64,000 nucleotides of DNA from a bacterium (GTDB lineage: Bacteria > Patescibacteriota > Microgenomatia > UBA1400 > UBA12108), in assembly GCA_021788365.1 (NCBI GenBank), contig JAJYKS010000003.1:6283-70282 (forward strand), written 5' to 3'. Both the position numbers and the translations under genes were made by a program. Shown piece by piece: positions 27,156 through 35,866 of this stretch (its first letter is position 1; every line of letters starts with the position of its first letter). The notes under the pieces were generated by a model, which was not told where the DNA came from, ran no database searches, and worked only from the letters and a program-made list of their open reading frames with translations.

Positions 27156-27689
27156 ATGGAGATAATTGTTGAGGAAGTGTTGCAAGGTAAGCGGGGGGCG
27201 GCAACGCGCTTTTATCTCCGATATGCGCCCGGAGTTCGCCGTTATCTTTTGGCAAAATTGCCAGATGAACATATAGCGGAAAATTTGTTGCAAGATGTTT
27301 TTTTGTCGGCGTTTGATTCACTTGCCTTGTACCGCGGCGATTCGAGTGTTGCAACATGGCTTCTTTCGATTGCGCGACACGAGGTGGCCGATTACTGGCG
27401 GAAGTATTATGTGCGCAAAGCAGTCGAGAAGACGAGCCCACTCTTTGAGACGATTGTGTCGGAGATGCTTTCACCGGAATTTGCCTCATATAAGAGCAGA
27501 TTACGCATGCGGTTTATGCGGGCATATCACACTGTGGGCGTGCAATATCAGGATGTGTTGTCCTACCGCTATGAGCTCGGGATGAGTGTAAAAGAGATTT
27601 CTATAAAAATGAACCTGTCATTTAAGGCGACGGAGTCGCTCTTGTACCGAGCACGGCAGGCATTCGCGGCGGCGTATGAACAAGGATGA
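27156..27689 (+). CDS. ECF-type sigma-70 family RNA polymerase sigma factor
   Basis: The region 2 motif LLQDVFLSAFDSLALYRGDSSVATWLLSIARHEVADYWRK and region 4 motif QYQDVLSYRYELGMSVKEISIKMNLSFKATESLLYRARQAF are both present. A TAGAAT box lies 7 nt before the ATG (MEIIVEEV). Confidence 0.75.
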   Translation: MEIIVEEVLQGKRGAATRFYLRYAPGVRRYLLAKLPDEHIAENLLQDVFLSAFDSLALYRGDSSVATWLLSIARHEVADYWRKYYVRKAVEKTSPLFETIVSEMLSPEFASYKSRLRMRFMRAYHTVGVQYQDVLSYRYELGMSVKEISIKMNLSFKATESLLYRARQAFAAAYEQG

Positions 27690-27912
27690 ACAGGCGTTTC
27701 TTCGAGCTCTTGAGCAGAAAGCACACGAGCAGCGGAAATTGTCGAAAACCGAGATTCTTCCCCGATGGGCTGTGGGGGTAGGTGAGTGGTTGGTGGTAAA
27801 CCCCTGGCGGGTGTTGGTGCCTGCATCTGGAATTTTATATATCGCATTTCGGCTATTGTTGGGGGAGCAGTTTCGGACGCTGATTTTAGGGCTATTTGGA
27901 GGTTTTCGATGA
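27676..27912 (+). CDS. Small single-TM protein overlapping the sigma gene end (candidate anti-sigma factor)
   Basis: 78 aa with a charged N-terminus and a C-terminal TM helix. It overlaps the sigma gene by 14 nt and is coupled to the next gene through ATGA. Confidence 0.4.
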   Translation: MNKDEQAFLRALEQKAHEQRKLSKTEILPRWAVGVGEWLVVNPWRVLVPASGILYIAFRLLLGEQFRTLILGLFGGFR

Positions 27913-28223
27913 GCAGCAACCGTGCGGTGGGAGCATGGATCGCCTATGTGTGGATGACTACGTGGGCGGGGCTTGCCATTCACCCTTACCAGTCGATTAA
28001 GCGAATGGTGCTTGGGGATAGAGTACTCCTACCCGTTACGTTGTCGCCTACGTTATTCTTGCTCGCGTTGTTTGTGGTGGGGCGAGTGGGATCGCATTTT
28101 TTTAATCTTTATGGAATAACACGTGAATTGGTGGCATTTGTCTTGGGGAGTACGCTCATTGGGCTTCTCTTGTGGCAGGGGTTGCTTTTGGCTTTGATCT
28201 ACCGATTCTTCCGCGTGAAATGA
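27909..28223 (+). CDS. Three-TM membrane protein, third gene of the sigma operon
   Basis: 104 aa starting MSSNRAVGAWIAYVWMTTWAGLAI. Confidence 0.4.
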   Translation: MSSNRAVGAWIAYVWMTTWAGLAIHPYQSIKRMVLGDRVLLPVTLSPTLFLLALFVVGRVGSHFFNLYGITRELVAFVLGSTLIGLLLWQGLLLALIYRFFRVK

Positions 28224-28227
28224 TTTT

Positions 28228-28467
28228 TTGCCAATAGGCGACAGTAGTGGTATGCCTGTCGATTCTTGGACGCTGAGATTACATATTACTGGTGCGAGTC
28301 CGCGAAATGTTGAGGCTGAGAGTAGCCCCGCCCTCCCTGATGAGACGGAGTTTGTTTGGTTTGAGGGCACTCAGATGCCGCCAGAGGTTGAAGCGTTGCA
28401 AAATGCTCTTCGATCCGCCTCGCCCGCACTATTAGAAATGATTTTGGGTAAAAAAGATGGGGAATGA
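28228..28467 (+). CDS. Small hypothetical protein
   Basis: 79-aa ORF on the same strand between two operons. No motif recognised. Confidence 0.2.
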   Translation: MPIGDSSGMPVDSWTLRLHITGASPRNVEAESSPALPDETEFVWFEGTQMPPEVEALQNALRSASPALLEMILGKKDGE

Positions 28468-28484
28468 AGAAATAGTGGCAACGC

Positions 28485-29114
28485 TTGCTCCCTCTGGAGA
28501 ATAAAACGTTGTGCGATAATGTCCACATGTATTTACGAAAGACGGTGAAAGAACTCCAGCAGACTCCCTACGCGGCGAGGAAGACTGTTGCCGTTGACGA
28601 ACAAGACAATGAACTCGGTGAGACGCCACTTATTGTTGCACATCGTGATGGAGGTATAAAACATAGAGCTTTTTCGGTAATTTTGTATCGCGAGCGGGGA
28701 GGGAAAAAAGAGCTACTTCTGCAACTACGATCACAAGAAAAGCCGGTTTTTTGTGGGCTGTGGGCAAATACCTGCTGCTACAACATGGTACATGGCGAAG
28801 ACTACCTGGTGCGGGCGGCGACACGAACGAACGAAGAGATGGGAACAGCGGTGCAATCACAAGAGTTGCGAACACTGTATCGGTTTTCATACGAAGCGCA
28901 GGACGTTGAGGGGTGGTGCGAGAATGAGCTCGACACCGTAATTGTGGGGAAGTATGACGGCGTGGTGTATCCTGATCCGGCTGAGGCGGCTGACTATCGA
29001 TGGGTGGAGTGGGGAGAACTAAAAGGGGATATTGCGAAAAATCCAGATATATATGCGCCTTGGTTTAAGATGATTGTTGGGGATTCGCGAACTGAAGTTG
29101 TGTTTGGCGAATGA
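28485..29114 (+). CDS. idi: Isopentenyl-diphosphate delta-isomerase, type 1 (Nudix)
   Basis: The pattern HRAFSVILY...LLLQLRSQEKPVFCGLWANTCCYNMVHGE...CENELDTVIVGKYDG...YRWVEWGEL matches type-1 IDI. The start may be the internal MYLRKTV. Confidence 0.7.
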   Translation: MLPLENKTLCDNVHMYLRKTVKELQQTPYAARKTVAVDEQDNELGETPLIVAHRDGGIKHRAFSVILYRERGGKKELLLQLRSQEKPVFCGLWANTCCYNMVHGEDYLVRAATRTNEEMGTAVQSQELRTLYRFSYEAQDVEGWCENELDTVIVGKYDGVVYPDPAEAADYRWVEWGELKGDIAKNPDIYAPWFKMIVGDSRTEVVFGE

Positions 29115-29169
29115 TTTTCTGGCTTTTAGCGACACCGTTTTTTGCCCATAGAGATGTAAGGAGGGGTTT

Positions 29170-29373
29170 ATGTCTGATGCTAATGCAATTCTCGAAGAAG
29201 TTCTTCGCTTGCAGCAAGAGGGGGGAGTGGAAGCTTTGGATACTATACGGGAATTGCTTGATGGAAATGGTTTATGCATGATTGATGGTCGTTTGGAGCC
29301 CGCAGACGGTTACCATGAAAGCTATTTGTCTATCCATCCGCCTCATCCGGAACAATCAGGATTCGGTGGCTAG
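29170..29373 (+). CDS. Small hypothetical protein translationally coupled to mvk (TAGaATG)
   Basis: 67-aa ORF whose stop lies 1 nt before the mvk ATG. Confidence 0.3.
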   Translation: MSDANAILEEVLRLQQEGGVEALDTIRELLDGNGLCMIDGRLEPADGYHESYLSIHPPHPEQSGFGG

Positions 29374-29374
29374 A

Positions 29375-30214
29375 ATGGTGAGCGTTTTTGGGAAAGTGAT
29401 ACTTTCTGGTGAGCATGCGGTGGTGTATGGGAAGCCGGCCCTGGTCGCGAGCATAGATAAGGGAGTGTACGTACGTGCAAAGCGAGTACGGAGTCCTCAG
29501 CACTACAATAAAATTGTCGAGAAGGCTCGGGAGGTTGCCGGTGGCGACGAATACGTGTCGCTCCTCATTCACGGGGATTTACCGGTTGGTTCGGGGCTCG
29601 GGTCGAGTGCAGTGGTGGGAGCGGCGACGATTATGGCGGTCCGTGATCTCTTGGGTAAGCCCGTTACAGATAAGGACGAGCTGTTTTCGCTGACTATGGA
29701 GTGCGAGAGAGTTGCACACGGTAACCCTTCTGGCGTGGATCCGGCTGCAGTCGTGTATGGTGGGCTCATCCGTTTTATAAAAGGTGAACCGATCAAGCAC
29801 TTACACATCGCGAGACCGCTTTCTTTTCTCCTTGTTAATACGGGAAAGCCGATTGAGACTACGAGGGAGATGGTGGAGCTCGTGGCGGCAAATCCGAAGG
29901 CTCCGGTAGTGATAGAACAAATTGCAGACGTAACAGCGAGTATCCAAGCGGGACTCGAAAAGGGAAGTGACGTTACCACACTTTTTGACGAAAACGGAAA
30001 ACTTCTTGAACTTTTGGGAGTTGTGGGAAAAAAGGCAAAAGATCTGAGCGGAACCCTTCGAGGCATGGGGGCGAGCGTGAAAATAGTGGGTGCGGGCGGG
30101 GTAGGCAAGGGATCGGGGATGATGATGGTGCTTTCGCCGGACGTAGAAAAAATGAAGAATTTTTTGGATAATAGCAAAATCGATTATTTCGAGACGACGG
30201 TAGGGGGGCTATGA
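29375..30214 (+). CDS. mvk: Mevalonate kinase (GHMP kinase)
   Basis: FGKVILSGEHAVVYG is the N-terminal GHMP motif, and LPVGSGLGSSAVVGAATIMAV is the ATP-binding loop. The start is taken at MVSVFGK. Confidence 0.75.
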   Translation: MVSVFGKVILSGEHAVVYGKPALVASIDKGVYVRAKRVRSPQHYNKIVEKAREVAGGDEYVSLLIHGDLPVGSGLGSSAVVGAATIMAVRDLLGKPVTDKDELFSLTMECERVAHGNPSGVDPAAVVYGGLIRFIKGEPIKHLHIARPLSFLLVNTGKPIETTREMVELVAANPKAPVVIEQIADVTASIQAGLEKGSDVTTLFDENGKLLELLGVVGKKAKDLSGTLRGMGASVKIVGAGGVGKGSGMMMVLSPDVEKMKNFLDNSKIDYFETTVGGL

Positions 30215-31179
30215 GACAAGTGATTGCATCGGCACCTGGCAAACTCATGATTATGGGAGAGCACGCTGTCGTGTATGGTGCTCCGTGCATTGTTACCGCA
30301 GTGGACCAGCGAGTACGTGTTGCTGTGGGGCCGAACGGTGAGGGAGAGATACATGTAAAATCCCCCAATGTGGGTCTCGACGAGTACCACAAAAAATTGA
30401 GTCAGCTTGGTGTGGGTGAGGTACCCAAGTCTATGACTTTTGTGGAACATCTTATTAAACGTGTGTACAAGCGATATTCGATTTGTTCGGGGATAACGCT
30501 CACCACCGAGTCGGACTTTTCTTCGCTTTTTGGATTCGGGTCGAGTGCGGCCGTTGCGGTTGCGACAGCAGCCGCACTGTCGGAGTATTTTGGTTTAAAG
30601 ATGAGTAAACGAGACATTTTTGATGAAGCGTATGGAGCGGTCCTTGACGTGCAAGGTGTTGGAAGTGGATTCGACGTGGCTGCGTCTGTTTATGGCAGAA
30701 CGATTTACTATGTGACGCCAGGGAAGGTTATTGAATCAATTTTTACCGGAGAGTTGCCGCTTGTCGTGGGGTATACGGGGATAAAAGCGGACACGCCAAC
30801 TATTGTGCGGCAAGTGGCAGAACTGAAGCGTCGGGAGAAGTGGGTGGATTCGGTTTTTGGTGACATAACTACACTGGTGGAACGGGCAAAAATTGCGTTT
30901 CAAGGTAACAATTTTGTACAGTTGGGAAAACTCATGGATCGTAATCAAGAACTTTTGGGAACGCTCAATGTAAGCTCAGACATGCTCGACCAACTTATCC
31001 GCAGCGTACGTAAAGCGGGAACGTATGGGGCAAAGTTGTCTGGTGCCGGTGGAGGCGATTGCATGATTGCCATGGTTTCACCTGAGTTGCGGGACGCTGC
31101 CGGCGAAGCAATTGAGGAGGCTGGCGGTGCGTGGCTGAAGGTAAAAACGGGAGCCGAGGGAGTAAGATTGGAAGTATGA
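30211..31179 (+). CDS. Phosphomevalonate kinase (GHMP family, ERG8/MvaK2-type)
   Basis: The protein has APGKLMIMGEHAVVYG, GFGSSAAVAVATAAAL, and a C-terminal LSGAGGGDCMIAM that matches PMK SGAGGGDC. It overlaps mvk by 4 nt. Confidence 0.65.
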   Translation: MRQVIASAPGKLMIMGEHAVVYGAPCIVTAVDQRVRVAVGPNGEGEIHVKSPNVGLDEYHKKLSQLGVGEVPKSMTFVEHLIKRVYKRYSICSGITLTTESDFSSLFGFGSSAAVAVATAAALSEYFGLKMSKRDIFDEAYGAVLDVQGVGSGFDVAASVYGRTIYYVTPGKVIESIFTGELPLVVGYTGIKADTPTIVRQVAELKRREKWVDSVFGDITTLVERAKIAFQGNNFVQLGKLMDRNQELLGTLNVSSDMLDQLIRSVRKAGTYGAKLSGAGGGDCMIAMVSPELRDAAGEAIEEAGGAWLKVKTGAEGVRLEV

Positions 31180-32159
31180 AAAAAACTGCTAAGGCACACT
31201 CCAATATCGCGCTTGTGAAGTATTGGGGGAAGGGAGATGAAAAGTTGCGGTTACCGGTGAATTCGTCTGCGGCCATAGCGCTCGACAACCTTACTACAAC
31301 AACAACGGTAGAATTTCAAGAGAATCTTACGGCGGACCAGGTTGATTTAGTGGGAGAAGGGTTTGAGGTGGGGGAAGTAGAAAAAGTGTCGAAGCATCTG
31401 GACAGAGTGCGGTTGCTGGCGGGGATTACCACAAAAGCAAAAGTAGTATCACAAAATAGTTTTCCCAAGGCGGCGGGAATGGCATCGTCGGCGTCGGGTT
31501 TTGCAGCCCTCTCGGCAGCAGCAGCAGCTGCTGCAGGTCTGCAACTGTCGGAGAAGGAGTTGTCAATTTTGGCGCGGCAGGGGTCGGGGTCGGCGAGTAG
31601 GTCGGTTCCGGGAGGTGTTTCTGTATGGCATGCTGGGACAAGTAATGAAACTTCGTATGCAGAACAGATTGAATACCCAAAGGATTGGGATATACGTGTT
31701 CTGCTGGTTATGGCGGAGGACACATCGGCTAAAAAGGTGGGGAGTACGGAGGGGATGGCTCTCGCCACGACGAGTCCGTATTTCCAGATAGCGGTGAGGG
31801 AGGCAGAGGCAAATATAAAAAAATTGCAGGCCTCGATGGGTGCGGGTGATTGGCGGGCATTTGGGAAGGTTGTTGAAGATGAATGTTTCCGCCTACATAC
31901 GCTTTGTATGACAGAGACACCTAATATTTTGTATTGGCGGGGAGTGACGGTAGAGGTTTTTCAGAAACTTTTGTCTTTGCGCGAGAGAGGGGTAATGGCA
32001 TTTTTTACTGTGGACGCAGGTCCCCATGTCCACGTAGTGTGTCAGGGGAAAGACGTGACGAGGGTAAAGGCGGAGCTAGAACAGTTAGGTGGGATAAAAA
32101 CGATTATAGAGTGTGGGATAGGCGAGGGGGCAAGGCTTGTTGAACAACATTTGTTTTAG
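31176..32159 (+). CDS. mvaD: Diphosphomevalonate decarboxylase
   Basis: HSNIALVKYWGKGDEKLRLPVNSSAAIAL...FPKAAGMASSASGFAALSAAAAAAAGL carries the classic MVD motifs. The start is at MKKTAKA; ATGA overlap with the upstream gene. Confidence 0.85.
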   Translation: MKKTAKAHSNIALVKYWGKGDEKLRLPVNSSAAIALDNLTTTTTVEFQENLTADQVDLVGEGFEVGEVEKVSKHLDRVRLLAGITTKAKVVSQNSFPKAAGMASSASGFAALSAAAAAAAGLQLSEKELSILARQGSGSASRSVPGGVSVWHAGTSNETSYAEQIEYPKDWDIRVLLVMAEDTSAKKVGSTEGMALATTSPYFQIAVREAEANIKKLQASMGAGDWRAFGKVVEDECFRLHTLCMTETPNILYWRGVTVEVFQKLLSLRERGVMAFFTVDAGPHVHVVCQGKDVTRVKAELEQLGGIKTIIECGIGEGARLVEQHLF

Positions 32160-32165
32160 GAACAT

Positions 32166-32861
32166 ATGCTAGACAGAAATACCATTCCAAAACATGTGGC
32201 GATCATCATGGATGGGAATCGGCGGTGGGCGAAAAAACAAGGTTTAGCTGCTGTTGCTGGACACCAATATGCGATAGATCACGTTGTTGAAAATTTAATA
32301 GAGCGGGCGGGGGAGATGGGGGTCCAGTACCTGACCCTGTGGGCATTTTCGACGGAGAATTGGGGGAGAGAAAAGACTGAAGTAGATGGAATAATGAATA
32401 TGTTTCGCAATGCACTTGTGACGAAAGTAAAAAAATTTATCGAGCAAGGAGCGAGGTTGCGAATGATCGGGGATATGAGTCGATTTTCCCTCGACATACA
32501 AGAGGGAATGAAGAAGGCGATGGCGGCGAGCGAGAAAAATGACAAAATTATCGTGACATTTGCTCTCAACTATGGGGGGAGAGATGAGATTTTGCGGGCT
32601 ATCCGCAAAATCTCATCAGATTCTAGAAGAGAGATTCTAGAAGAGAGTGAATTTGAGAAGTATCTGGATACGGCGGGAATGCCGGATCCGGACCTTATCA
32701 TTCGTACGGGAGGGGAGCAGCGCATGAGTGGATTCCTTATGTGGCAAGCCGCATACGCAGAGTACTACTTTACCGAGACACTTTTCCCTGAGTTTACGCC
32801 AGAGAAATTTGACGAGGCGATTGCAGAGTACCAGAAGAGACAACGGAGATTTGGGAAGTAG
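32166..32861 (+). CDS. uppS: Undecaprenyl-diphosphate synthase (cis-prenyltransferase)
   Basis: HVAIIMDGNRRWAKKQGL...YLTLWAFSTENWGR are the hallmark UppS motifs. Confidence 0.9.
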   Translation: MLDRNTIPKHVAIIMDGNRRWAKKQGLAAVAGHQYAIDHVVENLIERAGEMGVQYLTLWAFSTENWGREKTEVDGIMNMFRNALVTKVKKFIEQGARLRMIGDMSRFSLDIQEGMKKAMAASEKNDKIIVTFALNYGGRDEILRAIRKISSDSRREILEESEFEKYLDTAGMPDPDLIIRTGGEQRMSGFLMWQAAYAEYYFTETLFPEFTPEKFDEAIAEYQKRQRRFGK

Positions 32862-32885
32862 GCTTATGCTGATCGCACCCCCACT

Positions 32886-32978
32886 CCCAAACGCAAAACT
32901 CGGTCTATCTGCGACTGGTGTCGCAGCGACCTAGAACTCGGGCTACCCGCCACTTGCGCTCCTGTTTTGCAACTTGTG
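32886..32978 (+). ncRNA. Copy 1 of a conserved ~91-93 nt 3'-UTR element (structured RNA / REP-like repeat)
   Basis: Core CCCAAACGCAAAACTCGGTCTATCT-[7 bp hairpin, TGGT loop]-CGACCTAGAACTCGGGCTACCCGCCACT..TTTTGCAACTTGTG. Hairpin arms are ctgcgac/gtcgcag. It starts 24 nt after the uppS stop. Confidence 0.5.
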
Positions 32979-32998
32979 AGCGTGGGCGTGATCAGTTT

Positions 32999-33337
32999 TT
33001 ACGAGACGATGCTGACTTTGAAGATAACCTGGAGAATCTGGGCGATCCAGTAGGCGGCGAAGATAACAATAAAGCCGATCACGGCGTTGGTGATCATGGA
33101 CTTTCCCTTTTCAGCGGCGTCCTTTTCAGCAGCTCCGGTTAGCATGGTAAAACCACCAAAGATAAGCATGCCAAAAAGGATGATACCGGCTAATGTAAGG
33201 AGATAGGGTAAGAAAACGGAAATGATGCTACCAATATTTCCCGAGGCAAGGCTACCTTTAAGACCCAGCGTACTATTGAGGGTTCCGTATTGAGAAGTGC
33301 CGTAATCTATAGCGAAGGCGCGTGGTATTAATTGCAT
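32999..33337 (-). CDS. VirB2/TrbC-like T4SS pilin paralogue 8 (second locus)
   Basis: GGFTMLTGAAEKDAAEKGKSMITNAVIGFIVIFAAYW. The likely start is MQLIPRAF, coupled to the upstream gene through TAAtATG. Confidence 0.65.
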   Translation of the reverse strand: MQLIPRAFAIDYGTSQYGTLNSTLGLKGSLASGNIGSIISVFLPYLLTLAGIILFGMLIFGGFTMLTGAAEKDAAEKGKSMITNAVIGFIVIFAAYWIAQILQVIFKVSIVS

Positions 33338-33338
33338 A

Positions 33339-33941
33339 TTAAAACCCTGGTAATTGAATGATACCACCCGCGACGATTCGAAGGAGTACAACTGCAAAAA
33401 TTATAAAAATAATTCCCATAACTGCGCCACCAAATAGTTCTTTTCCCTTCTTTACCGCCTCTGGGTTTCCGCCTCCCGTCATTATTTGGACTGTCGCCGA
33501 TAACATAACAACCAACGCGATTGCTCCCGCTATGCCTGAAGCGAATGTGAGAAGGTCTGGTGTAAATGTCCCGGGCTTGTACGGAATACATCCTATGGCA
33601 GTGTCAATCTTGCCATCGCCACACGTTCCTTGTGGATCTGTTTGGACGTGAGGTGTTCCAGTAAGCGCACCGGACGGTTGTGTTTGAGCCGTTTGCATGA
33701 GCTGATTGCAGTCTGCGGCGCCTGCGCAACAGTATCGACTTACGCTACCCGTTCCCGAACGAGAGATAGAGCAAAAAAAGGACTGAGAAGAGCTAGGGTC
33801 GCACGAGCTAGCAGCAATATTGGAGCAGGCCGCGTAAGCCTTGGGTGCGACGATCGTGCAGGTAATCGCGAGCGCAACGAAGATGCTTGGGATATATGAT
33901 AGGATGGATCTATGTTTCCGCGCCCGGTAAAGTTGCTGCAT
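33339..33941 (-). CDS. Secreted Cys-rich protein with a C-terminal pilin domain (short paralogue of the 984-aa protein)
   Basis: 200 aa with a signal peptide, a Cys-rich segment, and a C-terminus (GIAGAIALVVMLSATVQIMTGGGNPEAVKKGKELFGGAVMGIIFIIFAVVLLRIVAGGIIQLPGF) nearly identical in pattern to the 21479-24286 C-terminus. Confidence 0.55.
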   Translation of the reverse strand: MQQLYRARKHRSILSYIPSIFVALAITCTIVAPKAYAACSNIAASSCDPSSSQSFFCSISRSGTGSVSRYCCAGAADCNQLMQTAQTQPSGALTGTPHVQTDPQGTCGDGKIDTAIGCIPYKPGTFTPDLLTFASGIAGAIALVVMLSATVQIMTGGGNPEAVKKGKELFGGAVMGIIFIIFAVVLLRIVAGGIIQLPGF

Positions 33942-35711
33942 ATTGCTGTCGCTATTTTAGTCGGATTGTCTCTAGTTATTCTAGCACACGGCCCAGCTGT
34001 GGCAGACAACTGTGATAACTACGACCAGAGGAGTCAAGCATACTATGACTGTTTGGGACGCAGCATTGACGACCTCAATAGCCAGTTACAAGCATCAGTC
34101 AATGCAACAAAGCCACTTCAGAGCCAAGTAGATAACCTTTCAAAACAACTTGAAAGTTTGCAAGGACAGATAACGGCAGCAGAAGGTAAGATCCGGAACC
34201 TTTCTGACAGCATTACTCTGCGCGAGCACTCCATCGCTAATCAGTACGTCATATTAGCTATCAAAGTGCGCGATTATTACAAAAAAATGCAGCTTTATAA
34301 CCCGTTTATGGTCTTCCTATCTTCGGGGCGGGCGAGCGACGTGGTGCGTGGACTTGCATATAGAGCCATTTCTGTGGACGATGACAAGAACCTCATTGTA
34401 AACATTACCAACGACATTATTCAGCTCGAAGCGGACAAAAAGCAGGTAGAGGCAGGGAAACAACAACTCGCAGCGCTTCAGGCTAAGCTTGATACACAGA
34501 AGGCGTTTTTTGATAAACAGATCGCAAGTGCACAGTCATGGCAAGCACAACTCTCAAACCAAATAGCGTCGCTGTCGGCCAAACAACAGGCGTTTTTAGC
34601 GGCTAAATTGGCAGGGCTCAATATTCCCCTATATGCCCTCTCTGGTGGTGGGTGTTCTAGCGATCTGACCAATGGTAAGGATCCGGGATTTTCTGGTGGC
34701 TTCGGATTTTTTACTTTTGGTGTGCCAAATCGAGTGGGCCTTAACCAATATGGCGCTTGGGGGAGGGCGAAGGCGGGGGAGAACGACGAACAAATCCTTC
34801 ATGCGTATTATAACTTTGATTCGATCTCGGGTGTGGATACGGGAACGACTATACGCGTGAACAACGGCAATGGGATAAATCAGGGCAGCGTCATTTGGAG
34901 CGGTAGCATAGAGGACTATGTGAAACGGGTGTATGAGGTCCCGGATAGTTGGACGGATAATGGAAATGCAGCGCTTAAAGCACAAGCGATCGCGGTACGG
35001 TCTTATGTACTTGCTGCAACCGATAATGGTGCAAACTCTATTTGTGCAAATCAATATTGTCAGGTATTTAAGACCGACCCTAAGGGTGGTAACTGGGACA
35101 GCGCGGTTTCTGGGACTTCTGGACAGGTAATGCTTCAGGGTGGCAAACCGATTAAGGCTTATTTTTCCTCTACACATGGTGGCTATGTGTATGCGACGGC
35201 AGACTTATCGGGATGGAGCTCGACATCGTTCACCAAGCGGGCCATTGATACCCCGTCTGGATCGGTATCGTCAATTTCTGATTTGCGAAGTAATGCGTAC
35301 GACCGAGATAGTCCCTGGTTTTACTGCGACTGGGGTGGGAGGAGTCAGTATGGGGGTACGGCGTGGCTGAAGCCGTCGGAAATGGCCGACATTGTAAACG
35401 TCATCCTCCTTGCCAAACAGGATAGCTCGGCGCAGTCACACCTTTCTCAACCGGATAAACCAAACCCAGAGGGTGTAGATACATGGGATGCCGGAACCGT
35501 TGCCGGTAAATTGGGTGGGTCCGCGTACTCCACGGTGGATAGTGTTAGTATGAATTTTGATTTTGGCAGTGGGAAGACTACTTCAGTGACTGTTTCTGGG
35601 AGTGGACATACAAATACTTTTGACGCTAATACGTTTAAGGATTATTTTAATTTGCGGGCGCCCTCGAATATCCAGATCGTGGGGCCACTCTATAATGTAG
35701 AACGAAGGTGA
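33912..35711 (+). CDS. Secreted coiled-coil protein with a C-terminal SpoIID/LytB-like domain (cell-wall remodelling)
   Basis: 599 aa with a signal peptide and a long heptad-like N-terminal half. The C-terminal half carries SpoIID-type motifs (AQAIAVRSYVLAA...NQYCQVFK...GKPIKAYFSSTHGGYVYA). The annotated 5' end overlaps the divergent gene by 30 bp, so the true start is uncertain. Confidence 0.6.
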   Translation: MFPRPVKLLHIAVAILVGLSLVILAHGPAVADNCDNYDQRSQAYYDCLGRSIDDLNSQLQASVNATKPLQSQVDNLSKQLESLQGQITAAEGKIRNLSDSITLREHSIANQYVILAIKVRDYYKKMQLYNPFMVFLSSGRASDVVRGLAYRAISVDDDKNLIVNITNDIIQLEADKKQVEAGKQQLAALQAKLDTQKAFFDKQIASAQSWQAQLSNQIASLSAKQQAFLAAKLAGLNIPLYALSGGGCSSDLTNGKDPGFSGGFGFFTFGVPNRVGLNQYGAWGRAKAGENDEQILHAYYNFDSISGVDTGTTIRVNNGNGINQGSVIWSGSIEDYVKRVYEVPDSWTDNGNAALKAQAIAVRSYVLAATDNGANSICANQYCQVFKTDPKGGNWDSAVSGTSGQVMLQGGKPIKAYFSSTHGGYVYATADLSGWSSTSFTKRAIDTPSGSVSSISDLRSNAYDRDSPWFYCDWGGRSQYGGTAWLKPSEMADIVNVILLAKQDSSAQSHLSQPDKPNPEGVDTWDAGTVAGKLGGSAYSTVDSVSMNFDFGSGKTTSVTVSGSGHTNTFDANTFKDYFNLRAPSNIQIVGPLYNVERR

Positions 35712-35866
35712 CCGGCCCTCCTTGCTATTTTTTGCTAACGACTCCGCTCCTTCCAGGAAAAATCAGTTTACTTGTGCCTCGCTGCACAGATTTTTCTTGG
35801 GCGGTGCTCATATATCGCAAAAAATACAAGAGAGTGCCTGATTGTGATCTGTGTTACCATATACGT

